Source of the DNA: Candidatus Dormiibacterota bacterium
Lineage (GTDB): Bacteria; Chloroflexota; Dormibacteria; Aeolococcales; Aeolococcaceae
Length of the DNA stretch: 64,000 nucleotides
Assembly (NCBI GenBank): GCA_963718525.1
Contig: OY970355.1
Span: 992,001-1,056,000, forward strand
Direction: 5' to 3'
A program made the translations under genes and the position numbers. The notes under the pieces are model-generated. The model was not told the origin of the DNA and ran no database searches. It saw nothing but the letters and a program-made list of their open reading frames with translations. The stretch's first letter is position 1. Each line of letters starts with the position of its first letter. Positions 18,631 through 30,915 of the stretch are shown here, in pieces.

Positions 18631-21600
18631 TCAGTCCGTTTCGAAGCCGTACGCGTCCAGCTTGAGTGTCCGTGCATTCTCGGTGACGGTGCGCGTCACG
18701 TGATCGGGGAATCCGCCGGAGTTGGTGGCTTTGACCTCGACCGAGATTTCGATGTCGGTACCCAAGTAGCCGGCGAGGTTCGCGATCACCTCAGCCGCCA
18801 GCTTCGCAAAGTCGCGTTGGTATCGCTCTGGGTCGAGCTTGGCCACAGCGTAGAAACGTCGCAGGGCTTCGACCACCGGAGCCTCGGCGTCGCGGTCATG
18901 AAGCGTGAGTTCCGCGGTGGCCGGGGGCTTGCCACCAGCGCCCGAGCCCGCCAGGCGTTCGGTCGCCTCATCGACGAGCTGCGGTGCGGCGGCATCCGGC
19001 TGGACGACGAGGGTCGCACCCGTCACTGTCGTCCCCTCCGCGTGCGTGGAGAGAGCCACAAACCGCCCAGTCGTCGGATCGACGCCATCAGCCAGAGCGA
19101 ATCCCATCGTCTGCCACGTAATCGGATTCGCCCCGTGACGGGCCGTTGCGCAAAGGGTCTCCAGGTTCTTGAGACGCGGGAGATATGGGTATCGGGCGAA
19201 TGCGTCCCACACCGCGTTCACGGTCGTGTAGCCCTCGACCCACATCGGCGAGAGGACACCCCCGGGATTGAGAAGGCCGCGGAGCAGCTCGCTGGGGTAG
19301 GCGATACCAAGAGAACCCGCATTGACGAGCTTTCGGCTCGCACGGGCGCCGACCGGTCCCTGGCCGTCGGCCTTCATCATCTCCCACTCGATTGCGCCCA
19401 TCGAGTTCAGGCTGATGCGGGACTAGACACCAGTGGTAGCTCTCGGCGAGACGGAGGTCCACAGCGCGATCAGCGTCACTTCGCTTGGACCGGGCCTGGT
19501 TGGTCTGGAAGACGTCAAGGTTTAGCTCTGCACGGCGGTCGTCGATCTCCTTCCACGCTAGATACTCGGCCGACCCTCGCTCAAGCTCCCCCAGGCGCGT
19601 CAAGTCGGGGGCGAGGAATACGAGCATATTGCGGTACAGCCGTTGCCCCGACGCTCGCTGGTCGAGGATTTCACGTGCGGCCGCCATGGCCTGGGAGTTG
19701 AGGTCTCTGTTCGTGTGGGGCGCACTCGGCGCGAGGATGACGAGCCGTGCTTCTGAATCATCGGGGACCTCACCGGGACTAGCCGGGCACACGTGTACCG
19801 CCACGAACTCCCCGCGCTCGCGGGCTTGCTCGCGAAGTCTGCGAATGATCTCGGCGTGAAGTTCGTCTCGACGGGTCGCGAGCAGTTGGTCCACAAGTTC
19901 GCGGGCACGCCGGGCAACCGACGCCTGCGTCCCGTACCAGTAGCGGGCGCCCTCGACATAGAGGTAGGAGGATCGGTCTGTAAGTCGGTTGAGTGCATCC
20001 CCATACGTGGCTACGGATTCGCCAGGGAGTGTGCACGCGAGCTTGACACGTTGGATCTCCACGCCGCGATTAGCGGAGCCCGTTCTCGGTGCTGACGCTA
20101 GGAAGACGGCCCTAGCCGCACGCCGGGCAGCTCCGTAGCGCCCGAGGTTGGGGAAGGCTCGGTCGAGCCTGTGCGGCACCGATGACGGTCCATCGATGTC
20201 GCTGTCGAGGATTGGCTGCCATGTGTGGTCAAGGTTTCTCGTCAACTCGGACTGCACAGCCGCATCGTCCAACGGGACGCTGGCGGGGAGGATCAAGGGC
20301 GATTGGTCGTTGCCGGCCCAAAGCGCCGAGATCACTGCGGCCATAAGTCGGAGCACGCCGCGGGTGCGCTGGAAACCCTCAAGGGTCGACCAGTCTTCGT
20401 AGAGGCGAGCGAACAGCTCTGGATGAATGGGGTACGAGCGCTTGATCTTCTCGACATACCCCGGCTCTCGGCACTCGCCAGGGAACTCTGATGCCTGCGT
20501 CCGGTACATCTCGCTGAACGTTTGAGCGGTTGCGTCCCGATACCTGGTGAGGTCGGAGGGGATCGGTTCGAACAGGCGGCGTCGGACGATCTCAAAGCTC
20601 TCGTCGGCCGACGCCGGGCGCCACGATGTTTCTGTGCGGGCCATCACATTGCCAAGTCGACGAGCGGCCTCCTGTCCCGCGACGCCACCGACCTCGGCCT
20701 CAGAACCAATTGGAGTAGCGCCGGACCTAGCGGGGTCGTCGGACACGGGGAGTGAAACCACGAGGAGCACTCCCGGGACCGCGATTGCTGCATCGGCAAG
20801 GGTCTGGGCGAAGGAGAACTGCGTCTCGAACATGCCGCCGGGAAGCAGCTCTGATGTCTCGAAGAGCTGGCGGGCGTAAGCTACCCATTCGTCGATCAAG
20901 AGTAAACACGGGCCGAAACGTCTAAACACTTCGGACATCGCACGGCCAGGGTTAGTAGCGGTCCGGTCGGCTTCGCTCACAAGCCGGTAGCCCTCGACGC
21001 CGCCGAGTTGCCAGGCGATCTCGCCCCACAGGGTGCGTATCTCAGTGCCATCGGGCTTTACCTGAGGCTGACCCGGGGAAAACTCCGTGCCGACGAGGAC
21101 AGCTCGCCTCACGGGAGGCAACTCATTCACGCCAGCAGCGGTAAGAAGCTCCTGAATCTCCTGCGGGAACGATGTGGTTGGCAGACCAGAGAAGAGGTGG
21201 TAGAGCGCAATCATGGAGTGGGTCTTGCCGCCGCCGAAATTGGTCTGTAGGTCGACGACAGGTACGCCCCCGCCACTTGTAATCCGCTGGGCCGCGTGCG
21301 TGAGCAGTTGCCGAAGTCCGGCAGTCAAATATGTGCGTCGGAAGAACTCGATTGGCTCCGTGTACTCGGCGAGCCCTCTTCCGAGGTGCACTTGCTGGAG
21401 GTTGGCTGCGAACTCAGCCAGAGCGAATTTGCCCTTGGCGACGTCGTCGTGGGGCTGGATCACCTCTCGCCACGGCCGAAGCCCCCCGGCGGGCTCGGTG
21501 AAGAGAGCATCCGGGTGGGGCGCGGTCTTCTTAGCGTCCGCTTCGAGACGCTGACGCATCAGGTCGCTCTTGGCCGCGCCGACTTCGGTTGCTTCCGAAG

Positions 21601-21946
21601 CACCAATCACCGTGAGCAGCCGTTCGATCGTGTCGAGGGCGCGGTATGCATCGTCGTGCGAGAACGGTTCGTTGTGAGCCCACTTGTTGCGCCAGTCGCG
21701 AACCTCGCCTATCAGGTTGCGCCCCGTCGTCCGCAACTCGTTCCGAAAAACGTCCTGCCAGTTGTCGAGCACGGCGCTGATTTGCGCCGCGGGATCCTTG
21801 TCGACATTGACGTCGGCGTAGGTAGCCTTCCATCCGTCTCCTTTCGGAGAACTCTTGGACATGCGTTGGTCCACATAAGGCCCGAATGCCCGGCCCAACA
21901 ACTCCAGGGCCCTGGCCACGCGATCCCGATTACTTGTCGCCATCAA
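18631..21946 (-). CDS. Swt1-like HEPN + DUF499 AAA ATPase; apparent +1 frameshift near 19406
   Basis: RNKWAH HEPN motif, QTNFGGGKTH Walker A, LIDEW, YPIHPE, FQRTRGVLR; C-terminus continues in ORF 18631-19401. Confidence 0.85.
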
Positions 21947-24680
21947 CTCTCAACCCTGGGAGTGATCCCTGACCGTCAGCACCAACAGCAGCCATTCGGC
22001 TGATCTCAAGCCACGACGCAGCGAGCGCATTGTACGGACCGGCGTCCTTCGACCACTTTTTTGCCTCAGCAATTTGGAACAAACGATATGCAAGATCACG
22101 AGCGGCGTCGCCGAACCCACCGACCTTCGAAAGCAGGTCCGCGGCTGAGGCCTCACCGTCATTGAGCAGTCGCCGGATCAGATGCTGCGTGACCTCCCAG
22201 ACTGTGAGCCGGCTGTCCGTTGTCGGATCCCACGTCGGGTCCAGCTCGTCACGCTCCAACAATCGCACCTTACCGGCGCCCGACTTCACCAGGCCCGCAC
22301 GAACAAGTCCGTCAACGCTGACGTTCTTCGCACGGCTGAGGTCGTCCGCTCTCCCGTATGTTCCCTCATCCATTCCCTGCTCTGCGTACCAAGCGATCGC
22401 CCAGCGAGTGTCCTCGTCGAACTCACCCTCCTGCTCTGCGCTGACTTCATCTAGAACTTGATTGATCAGCGCCAGAGCCGTCCGGACGTGCATTGGTGTG
22501 CCGTCGGGCTCGACCACTTTGGCGTAACCAGAAAAGACGGCCATACCTGGCCCGATCGCTGCCTGGGCGAGATCGACCGGTGCGATGCCCCCACTTTGCA
22601 AATCTCTGAGAGCGTGCCCTAACCGGCCCTTGAGCGATTGGACAAAGCCCCGCCGATCCGTGACGCCAGCCGTGCTCGGGCGCGGTCGGCACACGAGAAC
22701 GATCGACGATGCGAGGGCATTCGTGCCGAGTCCAACGCTCCGGCTCGCGCGCTCAGTCCGCATCGGCCAAGTGCCAGTCACCATCAAACCCGAGCGGAGC
22801 AGACCATCCAGCATCTTCTCCCAACCGGTCGACGCGACGCCACGTGTGTTCCCGTCGGCCTCGTCCTCTGATTCGCTCTGTTTGAATGCATAGAAGATCG
22901 TTAGCGGCGTGCCCTGCGCCGTATGCTTAGCGGCACCACTGAAAACTTGGCGAAAGCCATGCTCAAAATGTTGCTCAGCCTTGTGCTTGTCCCCACCAAA
23001 CCGGAACGGGCTCGCAATCAGTTCCTCCGTTTTTGGCGTGAGAAGAGTCCTGAGCAGGTCAGGATAGATGTTGAAAAGTGACCGCCGCAGCCACACATAG
23101 AAGAAGTCCGAGAGGTCTGCATATCCGATGTTGTCGTAGTACGGCGGGTCACTACAAAGGACAGCCTCACTCCAACCCAGGGAAGCGGCATTTGCGAGAT
23201 CGACGGACACCTCTGCGGACCCGACCAGTGACTCGACAACGCGCGCCGTCGCCTCAACGGATGAGACGAGGTCTCCTGCGGCTCCAGCCAAAGGGTTAGC
23301 CTCGGCATAGTCCCAGGTCATCGGAATGGCTTGGCGGGCAAAAGTGCTCCTGGTTGCCCCCGTGCCATGACCAGAGCGCCACGTGACGATGGTTGAAAGG
23401 TCGTCGGCAGCATTACTACAAGCAAATGCTAAGTACGTTGCGACGGCGTCGGCGTACGCTGGATCGTCGTGGCTGTCGGCGAGGACGCGCTTGTGCGCCT
23501 CGCCGACGAGGTCACTGAATGTACACAATGTCGCAAGCTGCCGGTCCGTGAATAGATCGGCATGGTGCGTCATGCCATAACCCTGGACCCTAAAGCCGAG
23601 CGCACGCTCCGGCAACTCGCTGTCAGGCACATTCACCGGTGGCCTCGGAAGGTCTTCCATCTGTTGATTTGGCGCTGACGGGGGAAAGTAATCGCGCCCC
23701 TGCGTTCCTTCCGCGGCAACTGCCATGAGCTGTGCACCCATACGGCCGGCTTGCGCCTCGACACGGACATGGTCCAGCGGAACTGCCGTGTGACACACAA
23801 GGCAGGTGGCACCCGTGCGAAGGACCGAACCTTCTACGGGCGGCCCCTCCTTACCGTGTCTGATCTCAAACCCAACATTTCTAGCGGTGGAATCTGGGAT
23901 TGGATGAACCCAGGCTTCTCTGCCTCGCTTCTTGCTCAACCAAAAACTGCGTACGAGAGGCATCGTTGCCTGACAGGCTGGGTTTGGACAAATCACCGTT
24001 CGCGCCCAAAGCCATGCAATGACTTTTGCCCGCCTTCCGTCCGCATGGATGAGCGGCGGGTAGAGCGGGCTGAGTCGGCGCTCAGCTTGGTCGCGCATCC
24101 AGTTGCCGTAGTAGCGAATGTCCTCTGCAAGACCCTGAGCGCGTCGCCAGGTCTGCCCCATTTGAAGCGTCGTTCCGGATTCGGGATGGACAGGTGGTCT
24201 GTTCGCGAACTTCGGGGGAAGTTCCGTCAGCGCTTTGGTGATCAGAACCGCGACGGGATTGAGATCGCTGGCGTGCGCCTCCAACCCAAGGCGTTGCGCT
24301 TCGAGTGGTATGGAGCCACCGCCACAGAAGGGGTCGACGATGGTCGGAAGTCCGTCGGGATACCATCGCCGAATCTCCGCTCGCGCTTCTTCGAGGACCT
24401 TCACGTCGTTTGACGCTTCCCAGGGAACAAGACGCTCGATAATGTCAAAGAGCCGACGACGTTCCTGTTCTTGGTCGGCTTCAGTGTGAAAGAGTTCTGG
24501 ATGCGCAGAGGGATCATCAACGAGCTGAGCAAACAGCACTGCGCGGCATGCCGCGAGGGGGCGGCGCGCCCACCACAGGTGGAGCGTGCTTGGGTGGCCG
24601 TGGCGAATGCTCTTCTCTCTCGCTGCTTCCCTGTTGATTACGTCAAGAGGAAGGGCCACCTCGATCAGCTTCGTTGGCAT
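21930..24680 (-). CDS. DUF1156 adenine-specific DNA methyltransferase with Zn ribbon
   Basis: LHLWWARRPL, DPFCGGGSIP, DLNPVA, CPNPAC, DPPYY. Confidence 0.92.
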   Translation of the reverse strand: MPTKLIEVALPLDVINREAAREKSIRHGHPSTLHLWWARRPLAACRAVLFAQLVDDPSAHPELFHTEADQEQERRRLFDIIERLVPWEASNDVKVLEEARAEIRRWYPDGLPTIVDPFCGGGSIPLEAQRLGLEAHASDLNPVAVLITKALTELPPKFANRPPVHPESGTTLQMGQTWRRAQGLAEDIRYYGNWMRDQAERRLSPLYPPLIHADGRRAKVIAWLWARTVICPNPACQATMPLVRSFWLSKKRGREAWVHPIPDSTARNVGFEIRHGKEGPPVEGSVLRTGATCLVCHTAVPLDHVRVEAQAGRMGAQLMAVAAEGTQGRDYFPPSAPNQQMEDLPRPPVNVPDSELPERALGFRVQGYGMTHHADLFTDRQLATLCTFSDLVGEAHKRVLADSHDDPAYADAVATYLAFACSNAADDLSTIVTWRSGHGTGATRSTFARQAIPMTWDYAEANPLAGAAGDLVSSVEATARVVESLVGSAEVSVDLANAASLGWSEAVLCSDPPYYDNIGYADLSDFFYVWLRRSLFNIYPDLLRTLLTPKTEELIASPFRFGGDKHKAEQHFEHGFRQVFSGAAKHTAQGTPLTIFYAFKQSESEDEADGNTRGVASTGWEKMLDGLLRSGLMVTGTWPMRTERASRSVGLGTNALASSIVLVCRPRPSTAGVTDRRGFVQSLKGRLGHALRDLQSGGIAPVDLAQAAIGPGMAVFSGYAKVVEPDGTPMHVRTALALINQVLDEVSAEQEGEFDEDTRWAIAWYAEQGMDEGTYGRADDLSRAKNVSVDGLVRAGLVKSGAGKVRLLERDELDPTWDPTTDSRLTVWEVTQHLIRRLLNDGEASAADLLSKVGGFGDAARDLAYRLFQIAEAKKWSKDAGPYNALAASWLEISRMAAVGADGQGSLPGLRVDGDK

Positions 24681-27600
24681 CAGGCGTCCAAAGGTGATGC
24701 AGCCCGGTGCCAATAGGCCTGCCAGGCGAGGGTCGTGCTAGTTGTGTCAAACGGCAGGCGGACATCGGGACCATAGGGATGCAGCAAGTACTGCACCCGA
24801 TCGTGCTCCGGCCCGTTGGGCGAGACCTCGACGAGTGCAAGGACGTACGCGTCCGGCACGTTCGCGGCAAACCGAAGCTCGTTTTGAGTTACCACGAACG
24901 TGTCAGCTCCTTCGATGCGGCCCTTGACCTCCAAGAACGAAGTCGCGCCTCCGGCCGTGGTCGAGCGCACGTCGTATCCCGGGTGATTGTGAGGCATCTC
25001 GAACGCCTCGTGGCCGAACCGCCTCTCGATCGACAGTACCGCATCGACCGCACGTCGCTCGACGATGGTTGTGTCAACCGCATAGGTGGCTGATGCCGCA
25101 GGTGGCTCGCCGATCGCCTGTAGCACGAGGCCGATTGGTATGACCAGGGCACCCCCGACAACCACCGGAGGTTGAGAGGCTACCTGCGCCTCGCGATCCA
25201 GTTCGGCGAGTCTGGTTTCCTTGCGGCGTTGCAACTCATCGGCACGTCCAGCAGCCCGGTCCGGATTCATCCGTGGTGACTTGCCGGCGGCTGCTTGGAG
25301 TTGAAGCTCACTTGCGCGGTGATCCCAGTAGGTAACCTCTCGCGTCAGGCGCTCTTGTACCGCGGCTTTCACCTTGGCTACTCGCGCCACGATACGGGAG
25401 CGGACTTCGGCGAGGTGCTCGGCGGAGAGAACGTCGATTCCGTAATCGACCGCCCTCGAACTCAACGTCATCGTGCAGCCATGACATCTTCTTGACCAAA
25501 GGACCGAGGGCCAACAGCTCCGCATCGGTGGGCGGCCGAAGGTCAAGGTAAGGCGCGTAGCTCGCCGGTCGAAGCTCGCCTGCTTCGGGAACTTCAACGA
25601 ACTCGAATCGACGTGACACAGTGCGCCGGTTCCCATGGCCATCGTCTCGCGCATCGGTTAGTGCATGTTCCAGGAAGACGAGCACGCTCGGGTCAGTTCC
25701 GCCGTCCGTTGAGTCAACCAACACCGCTCCTTGGCGGAGGAGAGTTCGGTGGCGTTCCAGGGTGATGTCAAGAACCGCTTCGAGAAGCGGATGGCCAGGA
25801 GCTACCAGCTCAGCGAGCGGCTTGCCTTCAACGTGAACGAGCGTCTTCTCGAACGTCACGCGTTGATATTTCGGAAGAACGGGCACACCGGCACCGATTA
25901 AGCGGTCGCGGTTGCGTATTTCGGCGGGGACGAAAGTGACCTCAAACCTGCTCGCCTCGCGTTCGCTCATCCGGCCGCCGAGGTGCGAAAACGCTAGCGC
26001 GAACCATGCGTGTACATAACCCGGTTGCAGCTTGCGGGCCTCGGCTTCGAGCATGTCGGCTCGGATCTGTTCGAGGTCGGCCGTGGACAGCACCTCGGAA
26101 CTGAGCGCATGCTCGCGGACCATCGCCGGAAGACCTTCGCCAACCTTCGCGTCGATGATCCGGTTGAGTTGCGCCTTTACCTCGGGCTGGTTGCCGTAGC
26201 GAATCGCTTGTAGTAGCAGGTCTCGCAGCTCACGGCCGGGGAGAACATCGCCTAGGACGTCAAACACTTGATCCTTACCGAGGGTGTCGCGCATCTCGGA
26301 GAGCTTGTCCAGAAGCCGTCGGTAGACCTGTCCCTCGCGAGTCTCGTCGGCGACGAGGTTCCACATGTGGCAGACCTCAGTCTGCCCGATCCGATGTACC
26401 CGTCCAAATCGCTGCTCGATGCGATTGGGGTTCCACGGCAAGTCGTAGTTCACCAAGAGATGGGCTCGCTGGAGGTTGATGCCTTCTCCGGCAGCGTCAG
26501 TCGCAACCAGGATCAGACAGTCCTTATCCTGGGTGAATCGTTCCTGGATAACTCGTCGTTCTTCACGAGCTACCCCTCCGTGGATCGCGACCACGGCCTC
26601 GTCCTTGCCTAGGTACGTGCGTAGCTTGCCGACGAGGTAGTTCAGTGTGTCGCGATGCTCAGTGAACACGATCAGCTTCCGCCGCGTTCCACCGGCTTCC
26701 ATCATCTCCGGCGCATCGGCGAGAAGGCCAAGAAGTTCGGTCCACTTCTTGTCGATCTGGGATTGGCGAACGCGGTCAGCGAGGCCTTCGAGTCGACCCA
26801 GTGTTGCGATCTCGTGATGCAACTCAGCCAGGGTGCGCGCGCTCGTGGCTTGATCCAGGAGCTGTTCCTCCAGCTCCTCGACCTCGGCGCCCTCGAGATC
26901 CTCAATGTCGTCATCAAAGTCCTCGTCGGGGTCGTCGAGCTGGATGCGAAGCGGTTCGGATTCAGCAAGGATTGCCTGCGCTCGCTGCTGAGCCCTTGCG
27001 TCGCGCGCCCTTTCTTCTAGTCTTTTGCGACGCCGGGAGAGGGATTGATAGATTGCCTCGGGGCTTGATGCGAGTCGCCGCTGCAACACCGTCAGCGCGA
27101 AGCCAACACGGTTTCCACGCCGACCCTCGCCTTCCGCAGATAGGCGTTCAGCGCGCCCCATTTCCTCTGCGACGTAGTCGGTTACCTCCGCGTAGAGCGC
27201 CATCTCCAAGTCAGACAACTCATACGGGACGGTGTAAGCACGGCGCTCGGGGAATAGGGGTCGACCGTCGAACCGCAGGATGTTCTCCTTCACCATTCGA
27301 CGCATAAGGTCTGATACGTCCGCTGTGTGCACCCCGTCGTGGACCTTCCCCTCAAACCGATCTGAATCGAGGAGCGCCATGAAGAGCTGGAAGTCCTCTT
27401 CCTTGCCGGCGTGGGGTGTCGCCGTCATCAACAGGAAATGGCGGGCTGTCTCACCGAGCACTTTGCCGAGCCGATAGCGCTTTGTCTCCTTTACTTCGTT
27501 GCCGAAGTAATGGGCGGCCATTCGGTGAGCCTCGTCGACCACAACGAGATCCCACTCCGTGGCCGCCAATCGCTCTACCAAGTCATCGTTGCGGGAAAGG

Positions 27601-28223
27601 TGATCCAGACGACCGATGAGTAGATTCCGCTCGCTAAATGGGTCGCCTGTTCGCGCTGCTTCAATCAGCTCTCGGGTCAGAATCGAGAAGTCGAGTCCGA
27701 ACTTGTCGTGCAACTCGTCCTGCCATTGCCCGACGAGCCCACCAGGCGCAACGATGAGAGCTCGGCGCAGATCGCCGCGTAACATCAGTTCCTTTATGTA
27801 GAGCCCCGCCATGATGGTCTTCCCGGCTCCGGGGTCGTCAGCGAGGCAGAAGCGCAGCGGCTGACGGGGCAGCATCTCGCCGTAGACGGCGATGATCTGG
27901 TGCGGCAACGGTTCGATGAGGCTGAGATGAACCGCAAGGCGCGGGTCAAAGAGATAGGCGAGGCGGATTCGGCGGGCCTCCGCAACGAGCCGGAACAGGG
28001 CTGCGTCACCATCGAACGACCAAGCGGCGCCGCGCCCGTCTACGCTCAAGTCGCCCTCTTGGGTGCGGTAGACGACCTGCTCGTCCACCTTGCCCGCCGG
28101 CGTGCGGAACGTGAGTACCACGCTCCGAGTCCCAGCCCAGCGAGCTGCGACAACGGTGACGGCCTCACCTGGGACAACCCCCCGAACAAGCGCGCCGGGT
28201 GTCAGTTCCTCAAGCCTCGTCAT
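24680..28223 (-). CDS. SNF2 helicase with C-terminal DUF3883 nuclease; apparent +1 frameshift near 25460
   Basis: ADDPGAGKT, DEAH, TATPH, QRFGRVHRIGQ; C-terminal GYDVRS...EVKG in ORF 24680-25654. Confidence 0.88.
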
Positions 28224-28383
28224 CGCAATCCATACACCCTACGGTCATTTGTGCACCGCCAGCGCCCCAACGATCGCCCTGCCCTCCGTTTGGCGCCATT
28301 GTGGGACTTCATCTGTCGCCAAGCCGCGGATCTCGGCTGCTTGTGTGGTCTGTAGCCCAGCGGCAGCCTGCGGGACACGTGGG

Positions 28384-29064
28384 TCAGCCACCGTAGCGTT
28401 GCCGGTATTCCCTTCTCACCTCTTGACGGATCCGCGCGTGCTGGGTTCTCTCGAGCGCCAGCTCCCGTCGGGAACCGAAGAAGGCGTCAAATTCTGCCGC
28501 GGCCCGAGACAGGCCTTCGTCTCCCGGGTGGTAAGTACTCGCGGAATCCTGCCACTCCTCCAGTAGCTCGATCTCGAGCAACACAGGCGCGTTAACATCA
28601 TCAAGCGCTTCCAGTTCGACTTTGAGGCGCGAGAGATGATGAATGTAGCGTTGTTGAAGAACGACCAGGCCATAGTCATCGAGGCAAGCCAAACGCCCGA
28701 CAAGATTCAAGTCCGCTGTTCGCACTCGACCGGCTTCCTCAAAAACAGCGAGGTAGTTCTCCGCAACCCCGAGCAGTGTCGGCAATGGACAAACCCGGTA
28801 ATTGTGCTCCCAGAGGTGGGCAGGGTCTTCGTTAGTCCGCACCACACGCGCCATCATTAGATGCGACCGTAGCCTCGTTCCACTGCGCATTGTGCAGGCA
28901 TGACTCAGGACGATCGCCAGCCCAGGCTCCTCCTCGACGCCCGGAATCGACACCTGCTCAAAGATGTCCCCTTGCAACAGAGGCCGAGTAACTGGTACCT
29001 CGCCATCTTGGCGCCTATACCGGTAGATGAGCTCCGGGGAGGTTGGGGATTCAAGTTCCGCCAC
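28384..29064 (-). CDS. hypothetical protein, PemK/MazF-like N-terminal pattern (putative toxin)
   Basis: LLQGDIF...AIVLSHACTM...MARV; third gene of a compact operon. Confidence 0.5.
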   Translation of the reverse strand: MAELESPTSPELIYRYRRQDGEVPVTRPLLQGDIFEQVSIPGVEEEPGLAIVLSHACTMRSGTRLRSHLMMARVVRTNEDPAHLWEHNYRVCPLPTLLGVAENYLAVFEEAGRVRTADLNLVGRLACLDDYGLVVLQQRYIHHLSRLKVELEALDDVNAPVLLEIELLEEWQDSASTYHPGDEGLSRAAAEFDAFFGSRRELALERTQHARIRQEVRREYRQRYGG

Positions 29065-29082
29065 AGTCGCTACGCAGGGCTG

Positions 29083-29730
29083 CTAGCGACGTCGTCGCAA
29101 AGACAGCATCCCGTCGCCGGCTTTGAAGACCTCGTGCTCCGAAACAAGTGACTCCCGCCAATCTTGGCTCAAGACTTCCAGTGCTTGTTCGGGTCGGGCG
29201 TGCCCCGTAGCCAGATCAAATAGGGCGTCCCCTCGGCCAGCCAGCAGCAGGTCAAGCCGCCGCGGCCTGAATCGATCCAAAATGGGTAGCTCAAGCCAAG
29301 ATGCTGGGTCCGCGATGTGGTGCGCGCTGAGCACGCTCAGGGTAGCGGCGAGCTGCGCAAGTCTCATTCGATGTTCGGCAACCGCAGACTGGCCATGCCG
29401 CCACTTTCGCAGCGATTGAACCGTAACACCCACCACTCGCGCGATATCGCTCCAAGACATTCCAAACTCAGTGCTGAGTAACTCAAGTATCTGAGGCACA
29501 CTCAGACGCAGATGCATCTCTATTTGGTCTTGGAGAACAACACGCATCGCATCGTGATTTAGGGCGTCCGCCTGCTCCGCTACCTCGCGAATGTGCGAAC
29601 GGAGCTGTCCGGACTGGTAGGCCAACATCAGACCCGTAGGGATTGGAGACTCTGACCTCGAAAGATTCGCTGGCTCGGTTGTGCCTTGCCGTTCGCTTTC
29701 GACGGCGACGTTAGCCTGTGCTGCAACCAT
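29083..29730 (-). CDS. HTH protein resembling Xre/MbcA-type antitoxins
   Basis: MSWSDIARVVGVTVQSLRKWRHG HTH; DPASWLELP. Confidence 0.6.
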   Translation of the reverse strand: MVAAQANVAVESERQGTTEPANLSRSESPIPTGLMLAYQSGQLRSHIREVAEQADALNHDAMRVVLQDQIEMHLRLSVPQILELLSTEFGMSWSDIARVVGVTVQSLRKWRHGQSAVAEHRMRLAQLAATLSVLSAHHIADPASWLELPILDRFRPRRLDLLLAGRGDALFDLATGHARPEQALEVLSQDWRESLVSEHEVFKAGDGMLSLRRRR

Positions 29731-30581
29731 CAGCCACCACCTCTTGAATGCTCGTGCTGTCGAACGGCCGCCTCGCTGGTCTTAACAATCGCGTCGAATA
29801 GCCTACGAACCGGCTCGTGAACTAAGTCAGCAGCGGCAAGCGCCGCCTCTAGGTTGAACGCCGGAAGCGGGGCGGACGCTGTCACTGAGCTATCGATATC
29901 GACCAGATAGTAGGGACCGGTCCGAAGGGGGCTGGGCAGCTTTAGGGGACCTTCTGCAATCGAATATCCACGTAGTGAACCGTGACGAAGGATCACTTCG
30001 TGCCCGTCACCCGATACCAGTCGCGTCACTGTCTGGGCGTCCTCGACCGGATACGACAGCACTCGCGACGGAAGCACATGAGCACTTAGTGCCTCGGGGA
30101 CCACGAACTCTTGCCACTGATCAATACTCACCCTTTCCTCGCTATCGTCAAAGCGCAACTCGTTCCAATATCGGATACCAATTCGATCGATCCCCGAAAT
30201 TGCCTCCATCCGCACACCTAAGCCACCGAGCACTTGCTCAAGCACTGATCGGAATGCGTCCCACGAACGGTAGACAGTGGTCTCGACTGCACAAGTCGAC
30301 GCGCCGACGCTGACAGACGTGTACAGGTCACGAGACATGAATCGGTAGCCTTGCTGGGACGAACTCGATCCCGATAGGTCCGGAACGACAGCACCAGGGA
30401 GATTGATCATCAGCCCGCCACTGGTGAAAGGGCGCACGACCGGGAATTCGGGATTCATCACGCTGACGAGTCGCTGGAGTGAGCTAGGGTCGACCAAGGT
30501 CGGCGATAGCGGAAAGCGCACTTCCGCTACGACGAACCTCAATGACGGCTCGTAGACGCCGCGTCGGGGGGCTGTAACCAT
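29730..30581 (-). CDS. TIGR04255-family protein
   Basis: VVAEVRFP, VETTVYRSWDAF, RIGIRYWNE, LVDID; stop overlaps the next ATG (TGATG). Confidence 0.75.
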   Translation of the reverse strand: MVTAPRRGVYEPSLRFVVAEVRFPLSPTLVDPSSLQRLVSVMNPEFPVVRPFTSGGLMINLPGAVVPDLSGSSSSQQGYRFMSRDLYTSVSVGASTCAVETTVYRSWDAFRSVLEQVLGGLGVRMEAISGIDRIGIRYWNELRFDDSEERVSIDQWQEFVVPEALSAHVLPSRVLSYPVEDAQTVTRLVSGDGHEVILRHGSLRGYSIAEGPLKLPSPLRTGPYYLVDIDSSVTASAPLPAFNLEAALAAADLVHEPVRRLFDAIVKTSEAAVRQHEHSRGGG

Positions 30582-30614
30582 TTCTGCAACTGTATACGCT
30601 ACTAGATCGCAAAC

Positions 30615-30647
30615 GGTTACGGCAAGCCCTGTTGCTTGTCCGTAACC
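30615..30647. promoter_or_regulatory. inverted repeat upstream of the TIGR04255 operon
   Basis: GGTTACGG-CAAGC ... GCTTG-T-CCGTAACC. Confidence 0.45.
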
Positions 30648-30915
30648 AGGCTAACGGCTCGCTCGATAGGTGATGTCAGGGGACCCTCGTCCCGCGAGCC
30701 CAAGGGACCGAGAGTGGCCCTACGGGGCGATGATGCCGGGCAATAACGGTCGGAGTCGGCATCATGATCGTTGAGCTCCGGGGTAGTGCTTTGTACGCCA
30801 GCGGACTGCCAACGACCCGTTCTATGGCTTTAATGAGGCCATTGATGCAAGGCGACCGGTCGTGACGCGTACCTTGGTCGCCGGGGCCTCGTCGAACTCC
30901 AACGGTGCCCCCCCG

